Of a DNA stretch of 64,000 nt, positions 27,742 through 40,189 are shown one piece after another. The stretch comes from Octopus vulgaris (lineage: Eukaryota): assembly GCA_951406725.2 (NCBI GenBank), contig OX597825.1, positions 31,620,001 through 31,684,000 of the forward strand, written 5' to 3'. The notes under the pieces are model-generated. The model saw only the letters and a program-made list of their open reading frames with translations, did not search any database and had not been told where the DNA came from. Within the stretch, counting starts at the first letter, position 1; every line of letters starts with the position of its first letter. The position numbers and the translations under genes are program-made.

Positions 27742-29519
27742 GGAAACTAGACAGGAGCAGAAACCAGAGAGAGTGGTGGAGTCAGAGATGTGCAAAATCC
27801 CAGCCATTAACATCACATGACCAAACCAACACAGCATGCTCTCTTTCATATCAACATTATTATCATCATTTAATGTCCGCTTCCTATGCTGGTATGGGTT
27901 GGACAGTATGACTGAGTACTGGCAAGCCGGGAGGCTGCACCAGACTCCAATCTGATCTAGTAAGGTTTCTACAGCTTGATGCTCTTCCTAATGCCAACCA
28001 CTCTAAGAGTGTTGTGGGTGCTTTTTATTTGCCAAATGGTATTTTTTATGTGCCACTCTTCTCTTAATATCATCATCATCATCATCATCATCATCGTTTA
28101 ACGTCCGCTTTCCATGCTAGCATGGGTTGGACGGTTCAACTGGGGTCTGGGAAGCCAGCAGGCTGCACCAGGCCCAGTCTGATCTGGCAGAGTTTCTACA
28201 GCTGGATGCCCTTCCTAATGCCAACCACTCCGTGAGTGTAGTGGGTGCTTTTTGCGTGCCACCGGCACAGGTGCCAGACGAGGCTAGCAAACGGCCACGA
28301 TCAGATGGTGCTTCTTACGTGCCACATAATTAAAATTATAAATAATAAATATGTTTTCTTACCAGAATCTAAAGCAGGAGGAAGACATTTATTAAGTATA
28401 AGCACTTTTTTTAGTTGAATTGAAATATCATCAAAAGCTGTTGGATTGAGGTCTGCGATCTGTTTTGAAGCTATGACAGGAACTGAATTCATCACAGAAT
28501 ATTTGCATTGTTCTCTCTGTAATCATCAAAAACAAAAAAAATAAATAAATAACAAGGTCTGTTATTGCATGATTGAAATATAATTCTGGAGAAACCTGTA
28601 AGTTTTGTTACATTTGGTTAAGTGGTTAAAGTGTTGGACTGATGATCATAATGTAGTGGGTTTGATTCCTGGCCAGGCAATGTGTTGTGCCATTGATCAA
28701 GGCATATCATTTCACTTTGCTTCATCTACTAAACTAAAAATGAGTACTGACCAATTTTTAGTACAGTTCTCTCTCTCTCTCTCACCAACTCTCTCTCCCC
28801 TTCTCTCTCTCTCCTTCTCTCTCTCACCAACTTTCCCGTCTTCTACTTCCTCTCTATGCACGCATGGCTCTGTGTTCAATATCAGTTGCAGCCAACTATT
28901 CTAATTCAGAGGATATATAACTATTCTATTCTTTCCTTTTCCCCTTTGTCGTATGAACTCTGAAGATGGACTCTGTATGAAACAACAAAAACTTTTCTCC
29001 CTCTTTACTTTTGCTGTTGATTTTTCCAACAAACATTAATTTTTATTGACACAGGTCACCACCAGTCTTCATGAACTCTGATTCATCTTTTATATATATA
29101 TATCATCATCATCATCGTCATCATCGTTTAACATCCTTCTTCCATGAATGCATGGGTAAGATGGTTGATGGGAGCCAGTCAGGTAGAAGACTACCCAATG
29201 CTGTTGTCTCAGTTTTGGCAGGACTTTTACAGTTGGATGCCCTTCCTAATACCAACCACTCTGCAAAGTGAACTGAGCACTTTTTACGTGGCAGCAGCAC
29301 AGGTGAGGTCAGTTTTGGCATGGCTTTTACAGCTGGATGCCCTGCTAAATGCCAACCACTTTACAATATGGACTGGATTCTTTTATTATGTGGCACCAGT
29401 ACCAGCAGGGTCATCAAGTAATTTGCAGGGCAAGGAATTTTAAGAGAGGGGTATTGGAGGAGGGGATCTTATGTCAGATGATGAAAGGTCAGAGTGTGAC
29501 AGAGAGACTGGGAGGCAGA

Positions 29520-29566
<47 letters not shown>

Positions 29567-32500
29567 ATATATATATGTATATATTAAACCCTTGGTTTTT
29601 ATCTCTTGTATGGAATAACTAGCTTCCAGGGTATTTGAGAAAATCAATTTCCCAAGTATCTGTAATTTTTATGGCTTCTGTGCATCCTCCACATACAAAC
29701 ACAACTTTCTCTGATACTTGTGTATCCATAGCTTACACTGGGTACACTTTATGTAATTCCTGCCAACTCTTTTCCTACAAATCAAGCAGGGCCATTTACC
29801 TGAAGAAAGTATGGTCCTGTCTGTTTTCTTGCTTACTAAAACCTTAGTCCTTACTATGTTAACCTTAAGGCCTTTAGATTGCAGGTTTAGCTTCCAAACT
29901 TGGAATTTCTTTTCTAGCTCTGGCACAGAATTTGCTATGAGAGCAAGATCATCAACATATAGAAGTTTCTGGGTCTTCCAGTCTTGAATTCTTCTGTTAT
30001 GTCCTGGAGGACAATGATGAAAGGACTGGGCCTTGATGAATGTTGACATGTGCATCAAATTCTTCACTGTAACTCAGTTAACTTTCACCTTACTGACAAC
30101 ATTTCTACATGGTCTGTACAGCTTTCACAAGCCACTTGTCTATCCCTAGCTTCCTCAGAGACCAATATATCACACAGGAGGTATTCTATTGAAGGATTTC
30201 TCTAAATCAACAAATGCCAAATATAGTGTTTTGTTACTAAAAAGTATTGGGTCATCCCATAAATAATGCAGTGTTTTCAATTGCATGAACTAAAATTTGG
30301 AGGGGAACAGGATAAACTACCTGCATCAACTTGCTATAAAAACAGGTAGTAATTTTACCTTGAACTTATTTTAGTGTAAGTTTTGAAGAGTGCAGTTCGA
30401 TTTTAACAGTTATTTTTTCAAAGCTTTAATGGATGTGACAAAGTGGCATATTCGGCATATTTTGCTTTATGAGTTCAATAAAGGCAACAATGCAACAGAA
30501 AGTGTGAGGAATATTAATACAGTATATGGAGATCAGACAAAAAGTGTAAGCCAGAGTCAACAGTGGTTCCAGAAATTCCAAGCCAGAAACTACAGCCTAG
30601 AAGACAAGCATCATCCTGGAAGATCTGTAGAGTTCAATGAGGACATCCTGCAAACCCTGGTGGAACAAAATCCCATTGTAACTGTTGAGGAACTGGCTGA
30701 GAAACTTGGATTTGGTTATTCAACCATTCATCGACACCTGCGTGCCATTGGAAAAGTCAGCAAATTGGGTCAATGGGTTCCTCACAAACTTTCCAAGTCT
30801 AATCATATGCAGAGAGTGAATGTGTGCTCTTTTTTGCTGTCAGATCTCACGAATGAACATTTTGGGGACCAAATAGTGACTGGTGATGAGAAATACATGA
30901 GGTATTGTTATCTGTTTGATGGGGTATGAAAGGTTTAGTCCACTTTGAACTTTTAAACCCAAACCAAATGATAACAAAGGAGATCTACTGTGAGCAGCTT
31001 GAGTAACTTAAGTCAGCACTAGAAAAAAAAAACGACCATCTTTGATTCCAAGACAAAAAGTGTTCTTCCATCAGGATAATGCTTGGCCACATACAGTGAG
31101 GATGACTTCCAAAGGCTGGAGCACTTTGAATAGGAAACAATGCTTCACCTACTATATTCGCTGGACTTTACTCCATTTGACTATCTTTTATTCCACAGTC
31201 ATCAAAATATGAATTCTGTAGATGAGGTCAGAACAGTACTGGAGGAGATTTTTCATCACAGACAAGTGAATGTTTTGGAAGAGGGGCCTTGCAAGTCTAC
31301 CAGATACATGGAAGAGCATTGTAGAAAATTAAAGAAAGTATATTCTAGATTAAAAAAGAACTTTGTTTATCTTAATTTTGAAAAATAGCAGAAATCTAAA
31401 AAAAACACATTATTTATGGGATGATCCAATACTTCTCTTGCAGTTGCCTATGAAAATAGCATCAGTAGTGCTTCTCTCCAAGATGAAGTCAAACTGCACT
31501 TCGTCTAGCCGAATTCTGCTCTCAATTAATTGGGCAATAACCATCTCTGTAAACTTTCATCTCCTACTCCAGTAGTTTGATGCTATTATAATTGCTTCTA
31601 AGGCATTTCCCTTGCCATTGTAGCAGCTAACTATAATGCTGCTACACCAGTCATTGGGGATTACGCCTTCCTGAATAATCTGATTTACTATGCAGGTGAG
31701 TAGTCCATATCCTACCTCACCAAATATTTTGAAAGTTTCAGCAGTGACTCCAGATGGACCGGAGTCTTTCCTTGTTTTCATGTCTTTAATTGCCTTATCT
31801 ACTATACTGCTGTCCACTAGGACAACTGGTCCCGCTTTTGGGTTCACATGGGAGAAACTCCCTTTATCCCATTCATAGCCTTGCATAGTAACCCTTCCAT
31901 GCCTCTTTCTTGTCAGAATCACTGTGTGTGTGTCTGTGAGAGAGAGAGAGAGAAAGAGAGAATTATGATCTACCATGTCCATGGATACTATGGCTTGTGC
32001 TGTAATAATCCCAGGAATACAGACTATGATCATAAGAAATATGTGATTTGTGGAAACATGCATAGCAATGCATTAAAACATTTATAAATTCCATCCATGG
32101 ATATTACTATTATTATTATTATTATTATATACATATATACATGTGTGTGTGTGTGTGTACACTCATTAAACAAACTGAAGACATACATAAAGGGAACATA
32201 CCTCGTTATATTCAATATAATCAGCCAAGCATGACAACATCAGGTGCCGATGTAATACACTATGAGCAGGATGCAAGGATGCCATAACAAAACGTTTATG
32301 AAGAAGAACCTCTTCTGAATTCAACAAGATTTGGCGGGGAAATTCCATCTGGAAAGAGAAATGGTTTAAGTGACATTTACCCAAATTCTATTTAACCAAA
32401 TTCTATTGTACTGATTGAATTTCACAGTTACACATGCATAACAGCCTAGGCTGCAATCTAAAGAAAGTCTATTTCAATGATTTGTAAAAACCAAAATAAT

Positions 32501-35500
32501 AGTAGTTAAATCTACCCTCAAATTATGATGATGTATTTGTTTACTCTCAGAATGTTCTGATAGATTTGAATGTGAATATCTGATTAAAAGTGTCTTTGTC
32601 ATCGGAGAACATTTTTCTTTTCTTTAGACAATGTTTGTTTGTAACACAAATGGATTCATTGTGAATCCTGCAACATGGTCGAACCTGAAGTCACATGGCT
32701 GTAAAGCTAACTCTGTGACCATACATGCATGCTTGCACCCATACACCCATGTCTGCACCCATACACCCATGCTAGCACCCATACACCCATGCCTGCACCC
32801 ATACACCCATGCTTGCACTCATACACCCATGCCTGCACCCATACACTCGTGCCTGCCCCAATACCCCCATACCCCCATGCCTGCACCTATACACCCATGC
32901 CTGCATCCATATCCCCATGTTTGCACCCATACGCCCATGCTTGCATCCATACACCCATGCTTGCACTCATACCCCCATGCCTGCACCCATACACCCATGC
33001 CTTCCCCCATACCCCCATGCCTGCACCCATACACCCATGCCTTCCCCCATACCCCCATGCCTGCTCCCATACACCCATGCTTGCACCTATACCCCGATGC
33101 TTGCGCCCATAGGCCCTTGCTTGCACCCATACACCCGTGCTTGCACCCATACACCCATGATTGCATCCATACACCCATGCTTGCACTCATACACCCATGC
33201 CTGTACCCATACACCCATGCCTGCCCCCATACCCCCATGCCTGCACCCATACACCCATACCTGCACCCATACACCCATGCTTGCATCCATACACCCGTGC
33301 TAGCACCCATACACCCGTGCTTGCACCCATACACCCATGCCTGCACCCATACACCCATGCTTGCACCCATACACCCATGCTTGCACCCATACACCCATGC
33401 TTGCACTCATACACCCATGCCTGCACCCATACACCCATGCCTTCCCCCATACCCCCATGCCTGCACCCATACACCCATGCCTTCCCCATACCCCCATGCC
33501 TGCTCCCATACACCCATGCTTGCACCTATACCCCGATGCTTGCGCCCATAGGCCCTTGCTTGCACCCATACACCCGTGCTTGCACCCATACACCCATGAT
33601 TGCATCCATACACCCATGCTTGCACTCATACACCCATGCCTGTACCAATACACCCATGCCTGCCCCTATACCCCCATGCCTGCCCCCATACCCCCATGCC
33701 TGCACGCATACACCCATACCTGCACCCATACACCCATGCTTGCATCCATACACCCGTGCTAGCACCCATACACCCGTGCTTGCACCCATACACCCATGCC
33801 TCCACCCATACACCCATGCCTCCACCCATACACCCATGCCTGCACCCATACACCCATGCTTGCACTCATACACCCATGCCTGCACCCATACACCCATGCC
33901 TTCCCCCATACCCCCATGCCTGCACCCATACACCCATGCCTTCCCCATACCCCCATGCCTGCTCCCATACACCCATGCTTGCACCTATACCCCGATGCTT
34001 GCGCCCATAAGGCCCTTGCTTGCACCCATACACCCGTGCTTGCACCCATACACCCATGATTGCATCCATACACCCATGCTTGCACTCATACACCCATGCC
34101 TGTACCCATACACCCATGCCTGCCCCTATACCCCCATGCCTGCCCCCATACCCCCATGCCTGCACCCATACACCCATACCTGCACCCATACACCCATGCT
34201 TGCATCCATACACCCGTGCTAGCACCCATACACCCGTGCTTGCACCCATACACCCATGCCTCCACCCATACACCCATGCCTCCACCCATACACCCATGCT
34301 TGCACCCATACACCCATGCTTGCACCCATACACCCATGCCTGCACCCATACATCCATGCTTGCACCCATGCTTGCACCCATACACCCATACCTGCACTCA
34401 TACACCCATGCTTGCACCCATACACCCATGCCTGCACCCATACACCCATACCTGCACCCATACACCCATGCTTGTACCCATACACCCATCCCAGTACCCA
34501 TACCCCCATCCCTGCACCCATACACCCATCCCAGCACCCATACACCCATGCCTGCACCCATACACGCATCCCAGCACCCATACACCCATGCCTGCACCCA
34601 TACACCCATGCCTGCACCCATACACCCATGCCTGCACCCATACACCCATGCCTGCACCCATACACCCATGCCTGCACCCATACACCCATGCCTGCACTCA
34701 TACACCCATGCCTGCACCCATACACCCATGCTTGCACCCATACACCCATGCTTGCATTCATACACCCATGCCTGCACCAATACACCATTGCTTGCATCCA
34801 TACACCCATGCTTGCACCCATACACCCATGCCTGTACCCATACACCCATACACCCATGCTTGCACCCATACACCCATACCTGCACTCATACACCCATGCT
34901 TGCACCCATACACCCATGCCTGCACCGATACACCTATGCTTGCACCCATACACCCATACACCCATACACCCATACACCCATGCTTGCATTCATACACCCA
35001 TGCCTGCACCCATACACCCATGCTAGCACCCATATACCCATGCCTGCACCCATATCCCCATGCTTGCACCCATACACCCATGTTTGCACCCATACACCCA
35101 TGCCTGCACCCATACGCCCATCCCAGCACCCATACAGCTTAAAGCTGTACTCATGCAGCCATGCTTGCACCAGTCTTACACGGTCATATGGTTCAAGTCT
35201 TACTACAGGCATTGTGTTGTGCCCATTGAGAAAAGCATTTAACTCTGATCTGGTTTGCCTGACAAGTGTTAAACAGGTTTCACTCTCAATGTCATGGTTG
35301 AATGGTTGGTTGTAGGGAAAACATACGGCTACAAAAACACATATTACCTTAACAAAAAGACAGTGCAACTCATTCATACAAGCATGGAAGAAAAAAATAA
35401 TAATAATATATGAATGAACCAGGAAATAGCAAGTATAGAAAACAAAATTTGAATGAATGAACTGGAAGATAACACAACTTCAATCAATGTAATTGGAGCA

Positions 35501-38500
35501 TTTTCTGAGAGTAATTATTATGGTGTAATATTTATAGGTACATCCAACGAAATCTACTTTGGTCTTTTGTGATAAGAAGAAAAGAAACTATTGATTTGTC
35601 TTTTTAATTGTATAGGGATAATTTAATTTCTTTCTACAAAAGAAGGCACAAGGCCTGAAATTTGAGTGGGTGGGTGGGGGGCAGTTGACTACATCGCTCC
35701 TCCCCCCACTCCCTTCTAGTGCTCAACCGATACTTATTTTATTGACCCCCAAAAAGGCAAAGTCAACCTTGGCATAATTTGATCTGCCATCATCATCATC
35801 ATGGTGATGATGAGGAGGAGGAGGGGTGGAGGGGGAGGGGGAGGAGGAGAGACTGCTGATTAAATATTAAAAATATACAAGTAATTACTACTGTTTCAAA
35901 TTGGTATTATAAAAAAATCTTTTGCTTTTCTAGAAGTTCTTAGATTAACCTGAGAAGGAGGGCAGCACCCATAAGACTTGAAAGCCCACCCAGGCTGGTT
36001 AGGTTGCTGCAAATGATGTTCAGTTTGAACTCCTGTAGCTTATGTTTTGTAGGGAAAATGCAGACCAAGAGAGCAGACCTGGGGTAGCAGGTTGTTTGGA
36101 GTAGGTTCATTCAGAACCCTGTGAAATATGATACCAGAAGGACAGCAATAAGTAGAGTAGCAGATGTATTTGGTAAGCCTGAGCAAACAAAGGTGATACA
36201 TGAGCTTCATAATTGGAAAAATGGAATAAACCATAACAATAGCAATGGATGTGAGTCAGGGGTTGATCAATGTTGATCAACGATTGCTTGTAGCAGGATT
36301 TTCTGAATTTAATGTAATGAAATGTAAATCTAAATGTTTTCTGAGTTTGAGTTCTTATAAGAGATGCTGCTTCTCCCTGATTAAAAGAATGAAAAACAAA
36401 TCATTCCAAGGTAGAAAAACCACTTCTATTCCAAGGTTTGGTGATTCCTAGATGATCATTCCATTATTATTGGATGATTTGGTGTTTCCTAAATGATTAT
36501 TCCATCACTCAAAGATCATCTGGTGGTTCCTAAATGTTTATTCTGTCATTCCATCGTTCCTGGACTGTTTCATCATCTCTAGATAATCAGTCCATCATTC
36601 TGAAATGATCTGGTGATTCCCAGATAATTATTATATCATTCCTAAACAATCACTCTAGTTCTTGTACCCATACACCCGTGCCTGCCCCTATACCCCCATA
36701 CCCCCCTGCCTGCACCCATACACCCATGCCTGCACCCATATCCCCATGTTTGCACCCATACCCCCATGCTTGCATCCATACACCCATGCTTGCACTCATA
36801 CACCCATGCCTGCACCCATACACCCATGCCTTCCCCCATACCCCCATGCCTGCACCCATGCACCCATGCAATGATATAATTATTATAGACAGTCATGCCA
36901 GCATTCTTGAATACTCATTTCATCATTCCTAAAAAATCCTGTTATTATTCCGTCATTCCTACATGATCATTCCATTATTCTTACACAATCATTCCATCAT
37001 TCCAAGATGAACCTGAGGCTCTTATTTCCAACAGCACAAGTGGACTAAAGCAGTGTAAAATAGTGTTCTAACTAGAACAAAAAAAAAAACATTGAAATAT
37101 CTGCATCAGATTTGAACTTATGATCCATAAACCAGTATTCAAATACCTAATTCATTTGGCCATCAGTTTTTTTTTTGTTTATATTTTTAAATCGGTAAAT
37201 AGAGATTTGTCTATTCCAGCAAAAAATAAATAAATACAAAAGGAAACAGTAAATCTATTGATTGTTATTACTATCAATATATTTACATAAATTCGCCATG
37301 TTTGACCACTAAATCTACAAGTTTTTCGTCATTCTCTCTCCGTTTCTTTTCTCTTAATTCTTTCTGTTGAAGAGTGTAGGCTCAAAACACAAAAGACTTT
37401 TTCATTTTCTCAAGCGTCAAACTAATACATTTGCTTTTTGTTCAAACACCTGTCTTTGTCTTTTGTTTTTCTATAAATTTCAACTACATATATATATGTA
37501 TATATTTATATATTTTTATATATATTAATACAGTAAGTTCATAAAAGATGCTATATCAAGACAAATACTTATTTCTTTATTGCCCACAAAGGGCTAAACA
37601 TAGAGGGGACAAACAAGGACAAAGGGATTAAGTCGATTAGATCGACCCCAGTGTGTAACTGGTACTTAATTTATTGACCCCGAAAGGATGAAAGGCAAAG
37701 TCGACCTCGGCGGAATTTGAACACAGAACGTAACAGCAGACAGAATCCCGCTAAGCATTTCGCCCCAGCGTGCTAACGATTCTGCCAGCTCACCATGAAG
37801 ACAAATACTGTGGTAACTGGCCAGCAACAGTGTATATACATTCAGTATGATACATAGATGGCAATTTTAATACTGCTTTAAGTACATATACCAGATTTAT
37901 ATTTTAGGTTTTCTTTTGTTTTTGAGAGAGAGAGGGAGGGAGAAAGACAGAAAGGGGTTTTTTTTTTGCTTTTTAAGTGAAACATACAAACCTTTAAATA
38001 GACAACCATCAAAAATAAACTTGCATCAAATGTTGACATGTACTGGAGAGCTAGAGACTTAAAAATCTGGAAAAATAAATAAACAGAACACGTAAGCATC
38101 CCTGCATCACATGAACACAGAGGCAAAAAAAGATATATATTAATAATCTAAAAATATATATATTTCTCCTCAAAATAACAAAAACCCTTACATTCTTCAA
38201 TGAGTGGCGAAGTAGGTTTAAATCCAGGAAAGGTAATTGCTGGTCGAAGGGAGATGAATCTTATTTCAATTTGATTTGTCTTTCTCTTACCAGTTGATCT
38301 TTTGAGATGATTGATGCCTTTCACTTACAATATCTTCATGTTCCGTTGACAAAAAGAAATCCTCTGAACATACTTACCACAACAAATTTCATTTACAATT
38401 AAAAAAAGCTGCAGGAAGAGTATGATGGAACATATTTGCCAAATAATACAGTAGAAAGTAAGTTTATAGACATGACAGTTTATAGTTTAGATAAAGTTTA

Positions 38501-40151
38501 CATTTATAGTTTAAGGTTGGCTTCAGCAGTCAGTACATGCAAAGTTTTTTTCTTTATATTCTAGTAAAAACAAAAAAGGAAAATAATGGAACTGCCAGGA
38601 ATATGATACAAGCAAAATCAAAGGCCCATTTTTGGATCCACAACAATAATCATAACCATTGGCACAATACCTGGAATTTTGTGGGAGGGAGTTAGTCAAA
38701 TAAAACAATGCCAGTACTTTATTTTATCAATCCCAAGAAGGTGTAAACAAAAATGATCTCAGCAAGATTTGAACTCTAGGAGTAAAGAGCTACTGTATGT
38801 GACGCTGGCATTAGTGTTTTCTATGTGTTACCAGCATGAGTGCTTTTTACATGGTGTTGCAACCCCACAAGACAAAGACCTCTCCACTGAGAGAGAGAAT
38901 GGAGACATGGCTAGTATGTATGGATGGCCACAATTTTACTCAGTTTGATGTGTCTTCTCAAGCACAACAAATAGCCAGAAATCTCAGTCCCTCATCATCT
39001 CCTCAATAAGGCCTAACAGCTGAAGATCTTTTCTCACCACTTTGTGTGACATCTTCCTGGGTTTACCCCTTCCACATGTTTCCTCCACAATCACAGTTTT
39101 GCACTTCTTATCAATACACATCAGATGACCATACCAGCACAGGTTTCTCTCTTTCGCAATACATTTGATGTCTTGTATCCCCAATTTTTCTCTCAAATCA
39201 CTTAGACTCTATTGCGTATGCCTCATTACATTACCCATCCAGCAGAGAATGTTGGCTTCATTTCTCTCAAGCCTTTGCAGGTCCTCTGTAGTAATAACAT
39301 GTTTCACCACTATGCAGCATAGCTGTTCATACACAGGCATCAATCTGCCTTTCACTATGTGGGAGAGGCCATTTGTTACCAACAAAGATAGTAGCTCCCT
39401 GAACTTTGCCCCTTGGTCTCTTGTCATTGCCTCTATGAGTCCCAACATTCAAAGGTCATGCTTCAACACCTCATCCCATGTCTTCCTGGGTCTACCTCTT
39501 CCACAGGTTCCTTCCACTGTTAGGGTGGGACACTTCTTCACACAGCTGTCCTCATCCATACGCAACACATGACCATACCAGTGCAGTCGTCTCTCTTGCA
39601 TACCACATCTGAAGCTTTTTATGTCCAACTTTTCTCTCAGGATGCTTACACTCTGTCATGTATGCACACTGACAGTACACATCCAGTGGATCATGCTAGC
39701 TTCATTTCTTTCAAGCCTATGCATGTCCTCAGCAGTCATGGCCCATGTTTTAGTACCATGTAGCATGGCTGTTCACACACATGCATCATACAATTAACCT
39801 TCCACTCTGTGCAAGAGCCTTTGTTACCAGCAGAGGTAGGAGTTTTCTGAATGTTGCCCAGCCTATTCTTATTCTAGCAGCTATGCTCTCAGAGCATCCA
39901 CCTACAGACTTGGTCACCTATGTAGCAGAAGCTGTCAACTACTTCTAGTTTTTTTCCCTGGAATGTTTTCTGTACATCTTCGGTGTTTATTGCCCCTGTG
40001 CATCTGCCACACACAAAAACTATTTTCCTAGTTAACCTTCCTTTGATATTGTTGCACCACTTATGTGTCCATAGCTTAACCTGGGTACATCTTATGTTGT
40101 TTTTACCGTTTTTTTAACAGATTAAGCAGGGCCATCTACCTGAAGGGGTTT

Positions 40152-40189
<38 letters not shown>

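Noticed and set aside
32719-35135. CRISPR-like array
   Set aside because: Head-to-tail units without unique spacers; eukaryotic intron; no cas genes
32624-35377. Long His/Pro/Cys- or Gly/Met/Trp-rich ORFs (up to 431 aa)
   Set aside because: Stop-poor translation of a 20-bp minisatellite, open in all frames; no splice context
38192-38260. Possible extra exon with a gtaagg donor
   Set aside because: Weak acceptor; exons 7 and 8 already join to give the expected PPS-IFK motif
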